Of a stretch of 64,000 nt of DNA, positions 20,201 through 28,474 are shown piece by piece (positions within the stretch are counted from its first letter, which is position 1; every line of letters begins with the position of its first letter). The notes under the pieces were generated by a model, which saw only the letters and a program-made list of their open reading frames with translations, did no database searches and was not told where the DNA came from. The DNA is taken from NCBI GenBank assembly GCA_028867025.1, contig JAGWHC010000001.1, forward strand, positions 11,663-75,662, written 5' to 3'. The position numbers were made by a program, and so were the translations under genes. Source of the stretch: Candidatus Micrarchaeota archaeon (GTDB taxonomy: Archaea; Micrarchaeota; Micrarchaeia; Micrarchaeales; CABMGC01).

Positions 20201-23200
20201 CCACGCAGAGCTGCGCTGCAACATACACTCCTCCGGCGCCGACGGGTGGAGGGCAGTCTTACGGCCCGTCAAGCTGCATACCTGAGAGCTCATCATCGCA
20301 GCCTCCGACGATAACGTGCTCCAGCACAGGTGGGGTCGTGTGCAACCCTACATACGCTGGATGCACAACACCCAGCGGAGGCAACGGGGAACGCGAGTAC
20401 TGCTCCGCTGTAGGCAGCAGCTCTGTGAGTGCGGGAGAGTCACAGTACTACGCACTCTCCACCGGCACGTACTTCGCAAGCCAATCGCAGGTCTATCCGC
20501 CATACGGCTGGGTGCTTTCCGCAAACATAACGGCCACGTCCAACGGCGCAAGCCAAGTGTACTCGTGGACGAACACGAATGCCGGGGCACCGCACGGAGC
20601 CGGGGTCGGGATGAGCTGCGCCGCGCAGACCAGCATATACTGCATGACGCTCACGGGCACGTACGTGCTAACTTCGAGCGGCAGCGCCTACTCGTGGACG
20701 AACACGAATGCCGGGGCAGTTCCCGGAGGCGCGGTCAGAATGAGCTGCGTCTCATATAGCTCGACGGTGTTCTGCGTCACGCCAGCAGGCACCTACACGC
20801 TCAGCACCTCTCCGAGGTACTCCTGGAAAAACATAAACTCGGGACCAATCCCCGGAGGCGCGGGAGGCATAAGCTGCATGGCATCGCCTCTCTTCTGCGC
20901 CACGTCGTCGGGCACGTACGAGCTCACGAAAACGTGCAGCGGCTTGACGTGCCAAACCTACACCTACTCATGGACAGACAGCCAGGCGGGGATCGTCCCT
21001 GGATTCTCTACAGGAGTGAGCTGCGTCTCCAACTTCTGCATGACAACAAGGGGCACATACCAATTGACTATCAGCGGAGGGTTTGGAAGCAGCTATTCAT
21101 GGACAGACAGCGGAGCGGGGGTGGTGCCAGGCGCTGGCACGAGCATGAGCTGCGCGGCATCGAGCAACACCTACTGCATGACCCCGACAGGCACGTACTA
21201 CTTGAGCACTTCATACGCCAGCCTCGTGCCCACTTACTCATGGACAGACACGGGAGCAGGATCCGTGCCAGATACTGCCCCTGGAATGAGCTGCGCGGCC
21301 ACCTCATCACCCTACTGCATGACGCTAACAAGCACGTATGTGCTTTCTGTGTCAAGCGGCGTGGGCACCTTCCCGCTCTCGACCACATTCTGCTCGGCTG
21401 ACAACAAGGACTGCATGTTCAACCCTACAAACCTCCCGACGGAGCCGTGGTACACAAGCACATGGAAGCCGGTAGGCCCAGCGCTCAATGCGCAATACGA
21501 CAGCCTCGCACAGACAGGATTTTCGGAAAGCCTCAACAGCACGCTAACAGTACTCTTCAAGCAGTCGAAGTCCTGCAATGGTTTCTGGTGCGGCACGTTC
21601 ATAGGCGGCACCACTGTATCCGATCCAATATACGATGAGCTGCTCACCAGCACGTTCGGGGTGGAGAACTACACAAAGCTGTTCGACGGCGCGCAGCCCT
21701 TCAGTTGCTTCACGAATTCGCAGGGACATGCTGTGCCCGACCCGACCAAGGGATGCGTGTACCTTAACGACAGCCCTGCCGGAGGTGCGGACTACATAGA
21801 TAACATGTATCCGCCGGTGTTCACGACCACCAATCCGCTCAGGTACCTTGAGAGCCTCGGCGCCACGCAGCTGATCACGCAGCCCGGACAGGGCATAGGC
21901 GCGGTGACGGGCAACCAGGGATGCACAGGCGCGACGAGCGGCAGCGGATGCATAACTGCATACATCAAGGGAACGCCGCAGCTGATGATCAACATGTACC
22001 CTGGGAACTGGGGCGTGCCTGACACGATATCGGTGCAGACAACAGGCTCTGAAGCGCCGACAGACTCAATGCAGTTGCAGATAAGCGGGGGCGGACTCGG
22101 AACTCCAATAACTGTTACCAGCCCTGGCAGCGCGAGCTACACAGTATGCTCCAGCCTGAGCGAGACAGTATGCAAGCTTGGAGGAGGGCACACCTACACA
22201 ATAAAGGCAACCGACACAACAACGAAGGACACCTATACCGAGTCAAACTTCCAGATAAACGACATTCCGCTGGTGACGCTGCAGGGTCCGCAGAGCGTTA
22301 TAGTCACCTGCACCAACGGGCAGAGCTCTTGCACTCCAGCCACCGGACTCGTTACTGAGACAACTATGACAATAACTGCCACGCTCCCTCCGGACATGCA
22401 GAACGACCAGGTGTCCATAGGCATAGCGTGCACCAGCGGCAACTGCCAGACTACTGGAGTGAGCTGCGCCACAAACTACGCCTCCATGCTCTACCCGCAA
22501 AACACGCTTATAGAGAGCAACCTCTGCGCGAGTGACAGCGGCACAGCGACATACCAGGTGACCGCTACAGACACTGCGAACGGAGTGCAGGGCTACGCCA
22601 CGTTCCAGGTTGTGCAGTCAGGAGGCACGCCTCCCACCCCGGGCGCAGCGGAATCGCTGACCAGCAGCCTCTCCGGCTACATCATAATCCCATACGAGTA
22701 CACGTACCAGATCAACCAGAACTGGAACATACAGCCCGGAGTAGTGGTCAAGACGTTTGACGGAGACGAGAGCTACTGCCCTCCTCAGTCCCAGGGACCG
22801 ACGAGCAGCATGGTCAACGTGTTCAGCTACTCGCTGGTGAACGGCCAATCAAACCAGATCAGCGCCGCAGTAGAGGGCGGGGGCGCGTACCTCAACGACG
22901 TCTCCAACAACGGCTACTACATAGCCAATCTCACGAACGCGCATCTCGTGCTTCCGCCGCAGATACAGTACAACGTGCAGAACGACAGGCTCTTCGGCAC
23001 CATATGGGCAAATGCAACGTACTGCAGCGGCTCAACATCTTCAGGCTACGACTGCTCCGCAGACAACCAGGTCATTCTCAACGCCACGGTGCAGCTGCAG
23101 TACAGCGTGGAGCAGCACAACGAGTACCCTGGAATCTGCAGCTCTCAGGGCTGCGTGACCTACGGCGGCTACGAGACCTTCGGCACCGCGCCTACGGGGC

Positions 23201-24960
23201 TGCCGTACGGCACGCCTTCAGCATCGCTCATAGCGCCAACGTCGCAGCAGGCCAGGGAGTACCCTCCAAGAGGCACCCTGGGCTCCTCCAGCGCCACGTC
23301 CGCTGACGGCAACGTGCAGATAAGCATAACCCAGGAGCCCATAACGATACAGAACTCTGACTTGGTAACAGCTGCAGCACGCAATGGCGACAGCGTTGAG
23401 CTGCTGCTCAACGGGGTGCAGGTGGGAACCACATCCTACGTGGTGAACCCTGCGGGCTGCGCCTCCACATCGACGTGTCTCGGGGCAGGAACGTACCCGT
23501 TCGAGGCGCTAGACACTGTAACAGGCGAGTCTGTGAGCATCAACCTGATAATACTCCCGCAGCAGATCGGCTTCAAGTTCAACCCAACGCAGAAGTTCTT
23601 CTCCGTCCCTCTCTTCGACCTCTACAAGGAGGTGACCTACGACAGCCCGCTGGGCCTGTATCTGAACGGCACGCAGTACTGCATAGGCCCGAACTGCATA
23701 GGCCAGTATCCACTGCGCGGATACCAGCAGATTGTCTACGTCATGAACGACAGGTTCAACAATCTCATATACGTGCCCGTCGAGGCTGACATAGCGGACC
23801 CGATACAGATAAAGCTGAGCATAACGCAGCAGCCGGATGCGAACAATCCCAACCTCACCTCGATCACTATAAACGGGGTGGCGGGCTCCTACTCCAACAT
23901 AGGCTCCATCTTCACGCCGCTGCCGCAGGGCCAGGACATATACCTGTACTACAACAACAACCTCAACTACGTAAGCTACAACCCGCTTGCCGGAGGCTCG
24001 CAGACGCTTGACGCGGAGTACTGCGCCTTCGGAACTCAGGGCGAGGTGGCGAGCCTCAGCTGCGTCCAGTCAGATCCGGTGTACACCGGCACGTCAACGA
24101 GCCCGAGCAGGACGCAGAACGCGGACGTGGTCACGTACGCGCCCGAGTACAACTCCATTGGCCAGTGCAACCCGCCCACGCAGGGGCTGCTCGAGCCTCA
24201 GAACTTCATGTGCAACGTATACGGCTATCCTGAGGGAGCGGGCCTGCAGAACTCGTGCCCGAGCACGGGCGCGCTCTCGAAGTGCGACGCTGCGTATCCG
24301 TCTGTGGCGCAATGCCTCAGCACAGGCTGGACGCAGCCCACGACCGGCATAATACAGGATCCGCAAAGCTACTGCAGCCAGACAATGCCTGCTGACTACT
24401 CCGCATATCTCAGCTGCGCAGCATCGCAGACGTCTGGCAGCCCGCAGTTCTGCGAGCAGACAGACTACACTACGGGCAACGGCATATGCAGCTCGCAGAT
24501 CGGCCTGATACCATACTCGACGCAGCTTGCCAACGGCCAGTGGCAGGCCCAGAACACTGGAGCGGTGCCGATAAGCGACGGCAACGGCGACTTCTCTACG
24601 CAGCTATACGCGTGCGGCTCAAGGACAGACAGCGTGATAGCGAAGTACTATGGCTGGCCTCCTCCCGAGCCGATTCAGGTGACCCAGGTGCCGCTGGCGT
24701 TCACAGCGAACGCGGTCAACGGGAAGGGAGGATGCACAGGCACATGCAGCTCCTTCGTCTCTACCGAGCGAAGCGGCGGCGGGCAGAACGAGTTCAACTA
24801 CATATACGCACCGTACACCACGAGCCAGAGCGTCCAGATCGGACTCTTCGAGCTCGGCTACGGCAGCCTGAACCTCATCGCGACAGCGGCTACGATTGCG
24901 ACCGCGCTCATCCTGATGTTCAGGCATGAGCTTTTCGCGGGCAGGCGCGGACGGAAATAA
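17251..24960 (+). CDS. Giant (2569 aa) secreted, cysteine-rich, repeat-containing surface protein with a C-terminal membrane anchor
   Basis: A single uninterrupted ORF. The N-terminal signal-like segment is LLIFILAVSLFSISSYA/QS, and the C-terminus is LNLIATAATIATALILMF followed by RHELFAGRRGRK. The alternative start ATG 17272 fits a TATA-like tatttata at 17235. Confidence 0.85.
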   Translation: MSNYRTCMGAAANNTLLIFILAVSLFSISSYAQSTLVGCNNVCGVACPASGYSTASCSSSYAYTCTSSSCATTCNLCVQITTQYQQNTNYQFQSFSTTPIPSTLSPAESVNQYNIGNSGWFLTCPEPLAPMLGDVSPGDNSLFYPYTADHQFQWIGGDACRASTTPLTSTVDLPVSVGWTVGPNGQFASASVGTLSVSPVGSLALTNLAYSPELDTGGATIASSFNVNSYVFQSIPAAAQNDIWTWSAPFANLNAGTSIGDSQTVTASPVAKFTEYTNPTTDDDTGGVLAGADNSIQKNSNLTLAGTSNSTKNTTASKNSTALLLSDTGKAAAQLSLTGLGGQCAVGDTFCLPACDSGLTCKGSGTRGETGAPNCDLCNLPSSGCHQFGTCVSVATSTTSTTTSTSSTTTSPTTSVEPYVCQYSYAYTEKTTLTSIKNEQIPFNEVNVMTDPNNPGANKYTFNTFQTPILPYITLGYNMPALDGQQMSNSYDVFSPWNYNTPINSIEMLPIDTPSVFFVNYSGQLSSVPAGSLLNPGSLKNLLSNLDKLLGNLGNLLGSGVSQKSQASTDLSQFGLYQPNIYDPISIAQVSNDYIFVLNYSNPSNGGNGDYYISVFRLIPRGYFSTSGPDAYARSKGLYNLQQSCDPTQSGCSQSSLEGANLQNWNNNWNGYWANVIEAQNSSVYLIRSIDLGSPTSSSTSTFIGEYLSTASSSTSCSSGNKCSGIDYFSPINITADSQGDVFITGDLANYNHKVSKIFGDYDWAGIMKIPAVNGQTQPSPSQISSTTGDWSSTSGVPVLTEIAVSSDGTWLYASNENIGTVYQFSARNKQLEENQGLDLTFATGFGATTQSSQAGALQTSLNIAYYLQYGGLYGYKFDGSSGSLNLAASTVNPNNVEVGTDMDSNAFHHAVGLENINGYIYVLDDWKGRIGFSTSSGVGWCWTFWSCPSQNGGTYFDILVLRVLDPAGNNVPINPTLFNDMFTTQSCAATYTPPAPTGGGQSYGPSSCIPESSSSQPPTITCSSTGGVVCNPTYAGCTTPSGGNGEREYCSAVGSSSVSAGESQYYALSTGTYFASQSQVYPPYGWVLSANITATSNGASQVYSWTNTNAGAPHGAGVGMSCAAQTSIYCMTLTGTYVLTSSGSAYSWTNTNAGAVPGGAVRMSCVSYSSTVFCVTPAGTYTLSTSPRYSWKNINSGPIPGGAGGISCMASPLFCATSSGTYELTKTCSGLTCQTYTYSWTDSQAGIVPGFSTGVSCVSNFCMTTRGTYQLTISGGFGSSYSWTDSGAGVVPGAGTSMSCAASSNTYCMTPTGTYYLSTSYASLVPTYSWTDTGAGSVPDTAPGMSCAATSSPYCMTLTSTYVLSVSSGVGTFPLSTTFCSADNKDCMFNPTNLPTEPWYTSTWKPVGPALNAQYDSLAQTGFSESLNSTLTVLFKQSKSCNGFWCGTFIGGTTVSDPIYDELLTSTFGVENYTKLFDGAQPFSCFTNSQGHAVPDPTKGCVYLNDSPAGGADYIDNMYPPVFTTTNPLRYLESLGATQLITQPGQGIGAVTGNQGCTGATSGSGCITAYIKGTPQLMINMYPGNWGVPDTISVQTTGSEAPTDSMQLQISGGGLGTPITVTSPGSASYTVCSSLSETVCKLGGGHTYTIKATDTTTKDTYTESNFQINDIPLVTLQGPQSVIVTCTNGQSSCTPATGLVTETTMTITATLPPDMQNDQVSIGIACTSGNCQTTGVSCATNYASMLYPQNTLIESNLCASDSGTATYQVTATDTANGVQGYATFQVVQSGGTPPTPGAAESLTSSLSGYIIIPYEYTYQINQNWNIQPGVVVKTFDGDESYCPPQSQGPTSSMVNVFSYSLVNGQSNQISAAVEGGGAYLNDVSNNGYYIANLTNAHLVLPPQIQYNVQNDRLFGTIWANATYCSGSTSSGYDCSADNQVILNATVQLQYSVEQHNEYPGICSSQGCVTYGGYETFGTAPTGLPYGTPSASLIAPTSQQAREYPPRGTLGSSSATSADGNVQISITQEPITIQNSDLVTAAARNGDSVELLLNGVQVGTTSYVVNPAGCASTSTCLGAGTYPFEALDTVTGESVSINLIILPQQIGFKFNPTQKFFSVPLFDLYKEVTYDSPLGLYLNGTQYCIGPNCIGQYPLRGYQQIVYVMNDRFNNLIYVPVEADIADPIQIKLSITQQPDANNPNLTSITINGVAGSYSNIGSIFTPLPQGQDIYLYYNNNLNYVSYNPLAGGSQTLDAEYCAFGTQGEVASLSCVQSDPVYTGTSTSPSRTQNADVVTYAPEYNSIGQCNPPTQGLLEPQNFMCNVYGYPEGAGLQNSCPSTGALSKCDAAYPSVAQCLSTGWTQPTTGIIQDPQSYCSQTMPADYSAYLSCAASQTSGSPQFCEQTDYTTGNGICSSQIGLIPYSTQLANGQWQAQNTGAVPISDGNGDFSTQLYACGSRTDSVIAKYYGWPPPEPIQVTQVPLAFTANAVNGKGGCTGTCSSFVSTERSGGGQNEFNYIYAPYTTSQSVQIGLFELGYGSLNLIATAATIATALILMFRHELFAGRRGRK
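20560..21360 (+). repeat. Six tandem 43-49-aa coding repeats (YSWT[ND]..AG...SC....C.T..GTY.L) inside the giant gene
   Basis: The repeat heads tactcgtggacgaacacgaatgccggggca (x2) and tactcatggacagaca (x3) are visible in the DNA. Each unit keeps two Cys and a GTY motif. Confidence 0.85.
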
Positions 24961-25013
24961 AGTATAGCTTTTAATAGCAAGCCAGTCATATTCTATATCA
25001 AGAAGGGAGTGGT

Positions 25014-26219
25014 ATGCTGCCGATAGTTTTGAGCTTCGGAGCGATATACGCTCTTATCCCACTGCTCATAATAATCATACTCATAGCCGCTGCAGCGGGG
25101 ATAAGCAGGGGCTACGACATATTCTCCATATTCGGCATAGGCGTGCTCGCCGGCATAGGAGGCGCCGCCTCTAGGGGAGGCAAGGCCACGGGAAGCATCG
25201 CGGGCAAGACAGCTTACAAGGGCAGGGCTGGAAGCGTGCTTGTAAGGCCCATGGGCAAAAGCATAGCGGGAAAAATGCTAGGCAAAGGGGTCGCGGGCAC
25301 TGCAGGCAAGATAAAGGGCGTGGGAAACACAATCAAGGCAAAGCAGCTTGCGAATGACCTGAAGTCCATGCAGAAAGGAGGAGAGCTGAGCACAAGCAAC
25401 CTCGGAAAAGCGCAAGGAGTCAAGCTCGCTGCAGGGGCCGTGCTCGCCGTGGGGGCGCTTCACAACGTGGGCTTGAGATTATTGGGCAGCGGCGCATACG
25501 GAAGGGCGGCGAAGAAATTCGAGGAGGCCAGGCAGAGGAACGACACGAAGAAGATGCAGGAATGGGGCTACAAGATGAACCAGTGGAGGGAGAGGCACGG
25601 GGTGCAGCCGACGACAGCGCTCGAGCTCGCATCTACAGCCTACGCGCTTCAGTACATGGCAGACAAGGTCGGCGCGCAGAAAGGTCCCGGTGCGGAGCTG
25701 AACATAAGCCTTAACGAGAAGGGCAAGCCTGTATCCAATAGGGCGAAGACGCTAAGCGAGATACAGGCGAGGAAAAGAACTGGTGGGATGAGGACCGGCA
25801 TGAAACATTACACTAGTGACCTCAAGGATTTCACGAAAACCTACTTCAGTCCCAAGTATCTGGCGGGCGAGGGCCTGATGGGCAGGAAAACCGACAAAGC
25901 CAAGTACGAATCGATGGTAAATCTTGCAAAGATGTCGACGCTATACATAGAGGCAAGGAAGGGTGGAGACGTAGACCAGCTCATGAAAGATTTCAGCGCT
26001 GGCAAAGGGGCTTTCGAGAGCGGCAAGATAGCTACGGAACTGAACAATGTGCTGCAGCTGCACGGCATAAAGACACCGCTGCCTCCCACTCCGATTGCAT
26101 CTGTTAAGGGAACAGCCGGGAAGACTTTTGGAGACGAGCACAAGACCATTAATGAGTTTAGGAAGAGGCTCATATACAAGACAGGAGAGGAGCTGGGCAA
26201 GAAGAAAAAGGGACCCTAG
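25014..26219 (+). CDS. Lys/Gly-rich basic membrane protein (two N-terminal TM segments), unknown function
   Basis: MLPIVLSFGAIYALIPLLIIIILIAAAAG and IFGIGVLAGIGGAA, followed by a K/G-rich soluble region. It starts 53 nt after the giant gene. Confidence 0.6.
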   Translation: MLPIVLSFGAIYALIPLLIIIILIAAAAGISRGYDIFSIFGIGVLAGIGGAASRGGKATGSIAGKTAYKGRAGSVLVRPMGKSIAGKMLGKGVAGTAGKIKGVGNTIKAKQLANDLKSMQKGGELSTSNLGKAQGVKLAAGAVLAVGALHNVGLRLLGSGAYGRAAKKFEEARQRNDTKKMQEWGYKMNQWRERHGVQPTTALELASTAYALQYMADKVGAQKGPGAELNISLNEKGKPVSNRAKTLSEIQARKRTGGMRTGMKHYTSDLKDFTKTYFSPKYLAGEGLMGRKTDKAKYESMVNLAKMSTLYIEARKGGDVDQLMKDFSAGKGAFESGKIATELNNVLQLHGIKTPLPPTPIASVKGTAGKTFGDEHKTINEFRKRLIYKTGEELGKKKKGP

Positions 26220-26233
26220 AAAGCCAAGCTGAA

Positions 26234-26362
26234 CTAGAACTCTTCCGATTCCTCGCTGTCGAAGTCCTCGTCGTCCTCGTCACCGCCGTCATCCATGTCC
26301 TCGTCCGAGTCCTCGTCGTCGTTATCGTCGTTTGTGTCCTCGTCGTCATCCTTCTTAGCCAT
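26234..26362 (-). CDS. Possible 42-aa hyper-acidic micro-protein (not in ORF track)
   Basis: The minus-strand ATG at 26362 translates to MAKKDDDEDTNDDNDDEDSDEDMDDGGDEDDEDFDSEESEEF, ending at TAG (26234-26236). A TATA-like tttaaataag lies about 30-40 nt upstream on the minus strand. Confidence 0.35.
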   Translation of the reverse strand: MAKKDDDEDTNDDNDDEDSDEDMDDGGDEDDEDFDSEESEEF

Positions 26363-26449
26363 AATCGCCACGCTCTCTCATTATATGCATAACTTATTTA
26401 AAGGTATGCTGGATCGGCAAATTGAGCGGGCCCGATGCGCTGGGAAATG

Positions 26450-26458
26450 TTATAAAAG
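26450..26458 (+). promoter_or_regulatory. TATA-like box of tRNA-Ala
   Basis: ttataaaag is centred 26 nt upstream of the tRNA 5' end. Confidence 0.55.
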
Positions 26459-26479
26459 AGGCACGCGTATCTTATCCGA

Positions 26480-26551
26480 GGGCTCTTAGCTCAACGGTAG
26501 AGCGTCCGCTTTGCAGGCGGAAGGTTGCGGGTTCGAATCCCGCAGAGTCCA
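26480..26551 (+). tRNA. tRNA-Ala (anticodon UGC)
   Basis: Manual cloverleaf: GGGCTCT/AGAGTCC acceptor with the G3:U70 Ala identity pair. The anticodon arm is TCCGC-TTTGCAG-GCGGA and the T arm is GCGGG-TTCGAAT-CCCGC, with discriminator A. No CCA is encoded. Confidence 0.92.
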
Positions 26552-26563
26552 TCCGTGAACTGC

Positions 26564-27952
26564 TTACGGCCCGCCGACCTGGGTCACCTGCTGATTCCCT
26601 GGTTTTATTGCGGGTTTTGGAGAGGTGCGAAGCACATCTCTCAGAGCGTAGTTCCTGAGGAAGTATTCGTCGAACTTCTCATACATCTCCCACCTCTGAA
26701 CCCCGAACTGCGCACGCATGATCTTGCTGATCTCGACGTAGTTGTCCGCAATCTGATCCACGGCGTCATCCTCGGCGGCGGTAAGCATCTTGCCTATGTG
26801 TTTGCTTGCCTGGCTTACGTCCTCTGTGGTGAGCGTCCTGGAGGTCACATTCAGGTTCCTCTTCTTTGCAACCAACTCGAGATGGAGCTGCAACTCCTCG
26901 AACCTTTTATCCACCTCGGCGGCCTTCTTGTCTTCAAAGGCTCCCGCGGCTTTCATCGCTTCTTTTTCCTTGGCGAGCTGCCACATCTGCGAGCTTATCA
27001 GCCTCTGGGCCTTCTTGTCTTTCGCGCTGAGCCTGTCGTCCATGAATTCCTCAAGCGTATTCATTCTGCCAAGCATGTGTCCTGCAGTGTTTGCTCCTAT
27101 CTTTGCCTTGGCTTCAGCCTTCATCTGCGCCTCCATTCCTGGAAGCAGGACGGTGTTTGACATTCCGCGCCTTCTTATCTCCTCCTGATTGCCGACCATC
27201 TTGTTGAGGAACGCGTATGCGCCCACAACCCCTTCCCTTGTCATTATGTCCGATGCCTCGTCCAGTATTGTGTAGAGCGAGACAACGTGCTCTCGGCGTA
27301 TCTGGTCGACATGCAGGTTCGGGACGTTCATCTGCGCGTATGTCTCCAGGAAAGTAACCATCTGCTCGTCAGTGGTCTTTGGCTGCTTGAAGGGTGCGTT
27401 CTGCGCCAAGCCAGTAAGGTTTCGCACAATCCACTTTGCGGAATGCTTGTGCTCCTCTTTCTTTAGGTACTGATCCAACTCGTGGAACGCGTCTCCAAAC
27501 TGCTGGTTGCCTCCGGAAGGCGTCACGAAAGCCTCACTGAAAAATTCATTTAGCCTGGTAGGAGCGGCTGTCAGTTCAAGCAGCTCTTGCTTTGCGCTCT
27601 GCATTGAGTTCTTTACATTCTGCTCAAAAGAATCATTGTTTTTCATCAGAGGATCGAATGAGCCGAGTATTTTTGCTAGCGAATCGGCTGTGCGCTCATC
27701 GCCCCTGTTGATGTCTGACCCGCTCAGAAATGTTTTGAATTCGTCATTGTTGTGCTTTGCGAGTTTCAAAACCCCATACCATCTCCTTTCTTCGGGCGTC
27801 ATCGCTGCGCCCTTGGACTGTAGGCTGGATATTCCAAGGTCGATTATACTTGCAAGGTGGTTGGTATCGTTGAAATGCTTGTACATCTTGTGGTACTGTT
27901 CCTGCGTCTGCTCTACAAAATCGGCTGCTCTTTCCCTCTCTTTCTCCCCCAT
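26564..27952 (-). CDS. Hypothetical soluble alpha-helical protein (462 aa)
   Basis: A long ORF with a coherent, charged, helix-prone composition and no TM segment. No family recognised. Confidence 0.7.
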   Translation of the reverse strand: MGEKERERAADFVEQTQEQYHKMYKHFNDTNHLASIIDLGISSLQSKGAAMTPEERRWYGVLKLAKHNNDEFKTFLSGSDINRGDERTADSLAKILGSFDPLMKNNDSFEQNVKNSMQSAKQELLELTAAPTRLNEFFSEAFVTPSGGNQQFGDAFHELDQYLKKEEHKHSAKWIVRNLTGLAQNAPFKQPKTTDEQMVTFLETYAQMNVPNLHVDQIRREHVVSLYTILDEASDIMTREGVVGAYAFLNKMVGNQEEIRRRGMSNTVLLPGMEAQMKAEAKAKIGANTAGHMLGRMNTLEEFMDDRLSAKDKKAQRLISSQMWQLAKEKEAMKAAGAFEDKKAAEVDKRFEELQLHLELVAKKRNLNVTSRTLTTEDVSQASKHIGKMLTAAEDDAVDQIADNYVEISKIMRAQFGVQRWEMYEKFDEYFLRNYALRDVLRTSPKPAIKPGNQQVTQVGGP

Positions 27953-28105
27953 TGCCCTTGCAGGAAGAACCCCCTCTAGTTTGGTCGCTGATATTTCATC
28001 ATCCCCTGTAGATATTGTGTTTTTGTCTGTTTATAAACCTTGACTTTATTCGCGCATACGTCTGAAAAGGGGCGGGCTAAGGGATATATTGTTTGCCTGA
28101 CAAAT

Positions 28106-28474
28106 ATGCATGATTGCATGTTTCCAAACATAGACCCGAAGGCGCTGAAGGGAGTGATGGACAAGCTAGGCATAAAGAACACTGCGATTGAGAGCACGCA
28201 GGTTGTTATACACTGCAGCGACAAGGACATAGTCATAGATGCTCCGGAGGTCACGCTGATAGAGGGCCAGGGGATGCGCAGCTTCCAGATAAGCGGCAAC
28301 ATACGTGAGGTCGACAAAAGCAAGGTGGAGATAAGCGACGACGACATAGAGTTCGTGCAGGAGCAGAGCGGCGTCGGGGACGCGCAGCTTGTGAGGAGGA
28401 CTCTGGAAGAGAGCCGCGGAGACATGGCTGGCGCGATACTGAAGCTGAAGAAGGAGAAGGAACAGCAGGCCTAG
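28106..28474 (+). CDS. nac: Nascent polypeptide-associated complex protein (NAC alpha homologue)
   Basis: PKALKGVMDKLGIK...VVIHCSDKDIVIDAPEVTLIEGQGMRSFQISG (NAC domain) plus a C-terminal UBA-like DAQLVRRTLEESRGDMAGAILKL. Confidence 0.8.
   Translation: MHDCMFPNIDPKALKGVMDKLGIKNTAIESTQVVIHCSDKDIVIDAPEVTLIEGQGMRSFQISGNIREVDKSKVEISDDDIEFVQEQSGVGDAQLVRRTLEESRGDMAGAILKLKKEKEQQA

Noticed and set aside
17306-24927. Dozens of 60-155-aa ORFs in other frames or on the other strand inside the giant gene (for example 20316..20759, 20934..21401, 24486..24929).
   Set aside because: All are nested within one continuous 2569-codon frame with a coherent domain structure. Their translations are Arg/Ala/Gly-rich low-complexity sequences typical of off-frame reading of GC-rich coding DNA.
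26295-26489. A plus-strand 64-aa ORF beginning MSSSESSSSLSSFVSSSSSF.
   Set aside because: It runs through the tRNA-Ala TATA-like box and into the tRNA gene itself. It is the antisense image of the acidic micro-ORF, which has its own promoter-like element.
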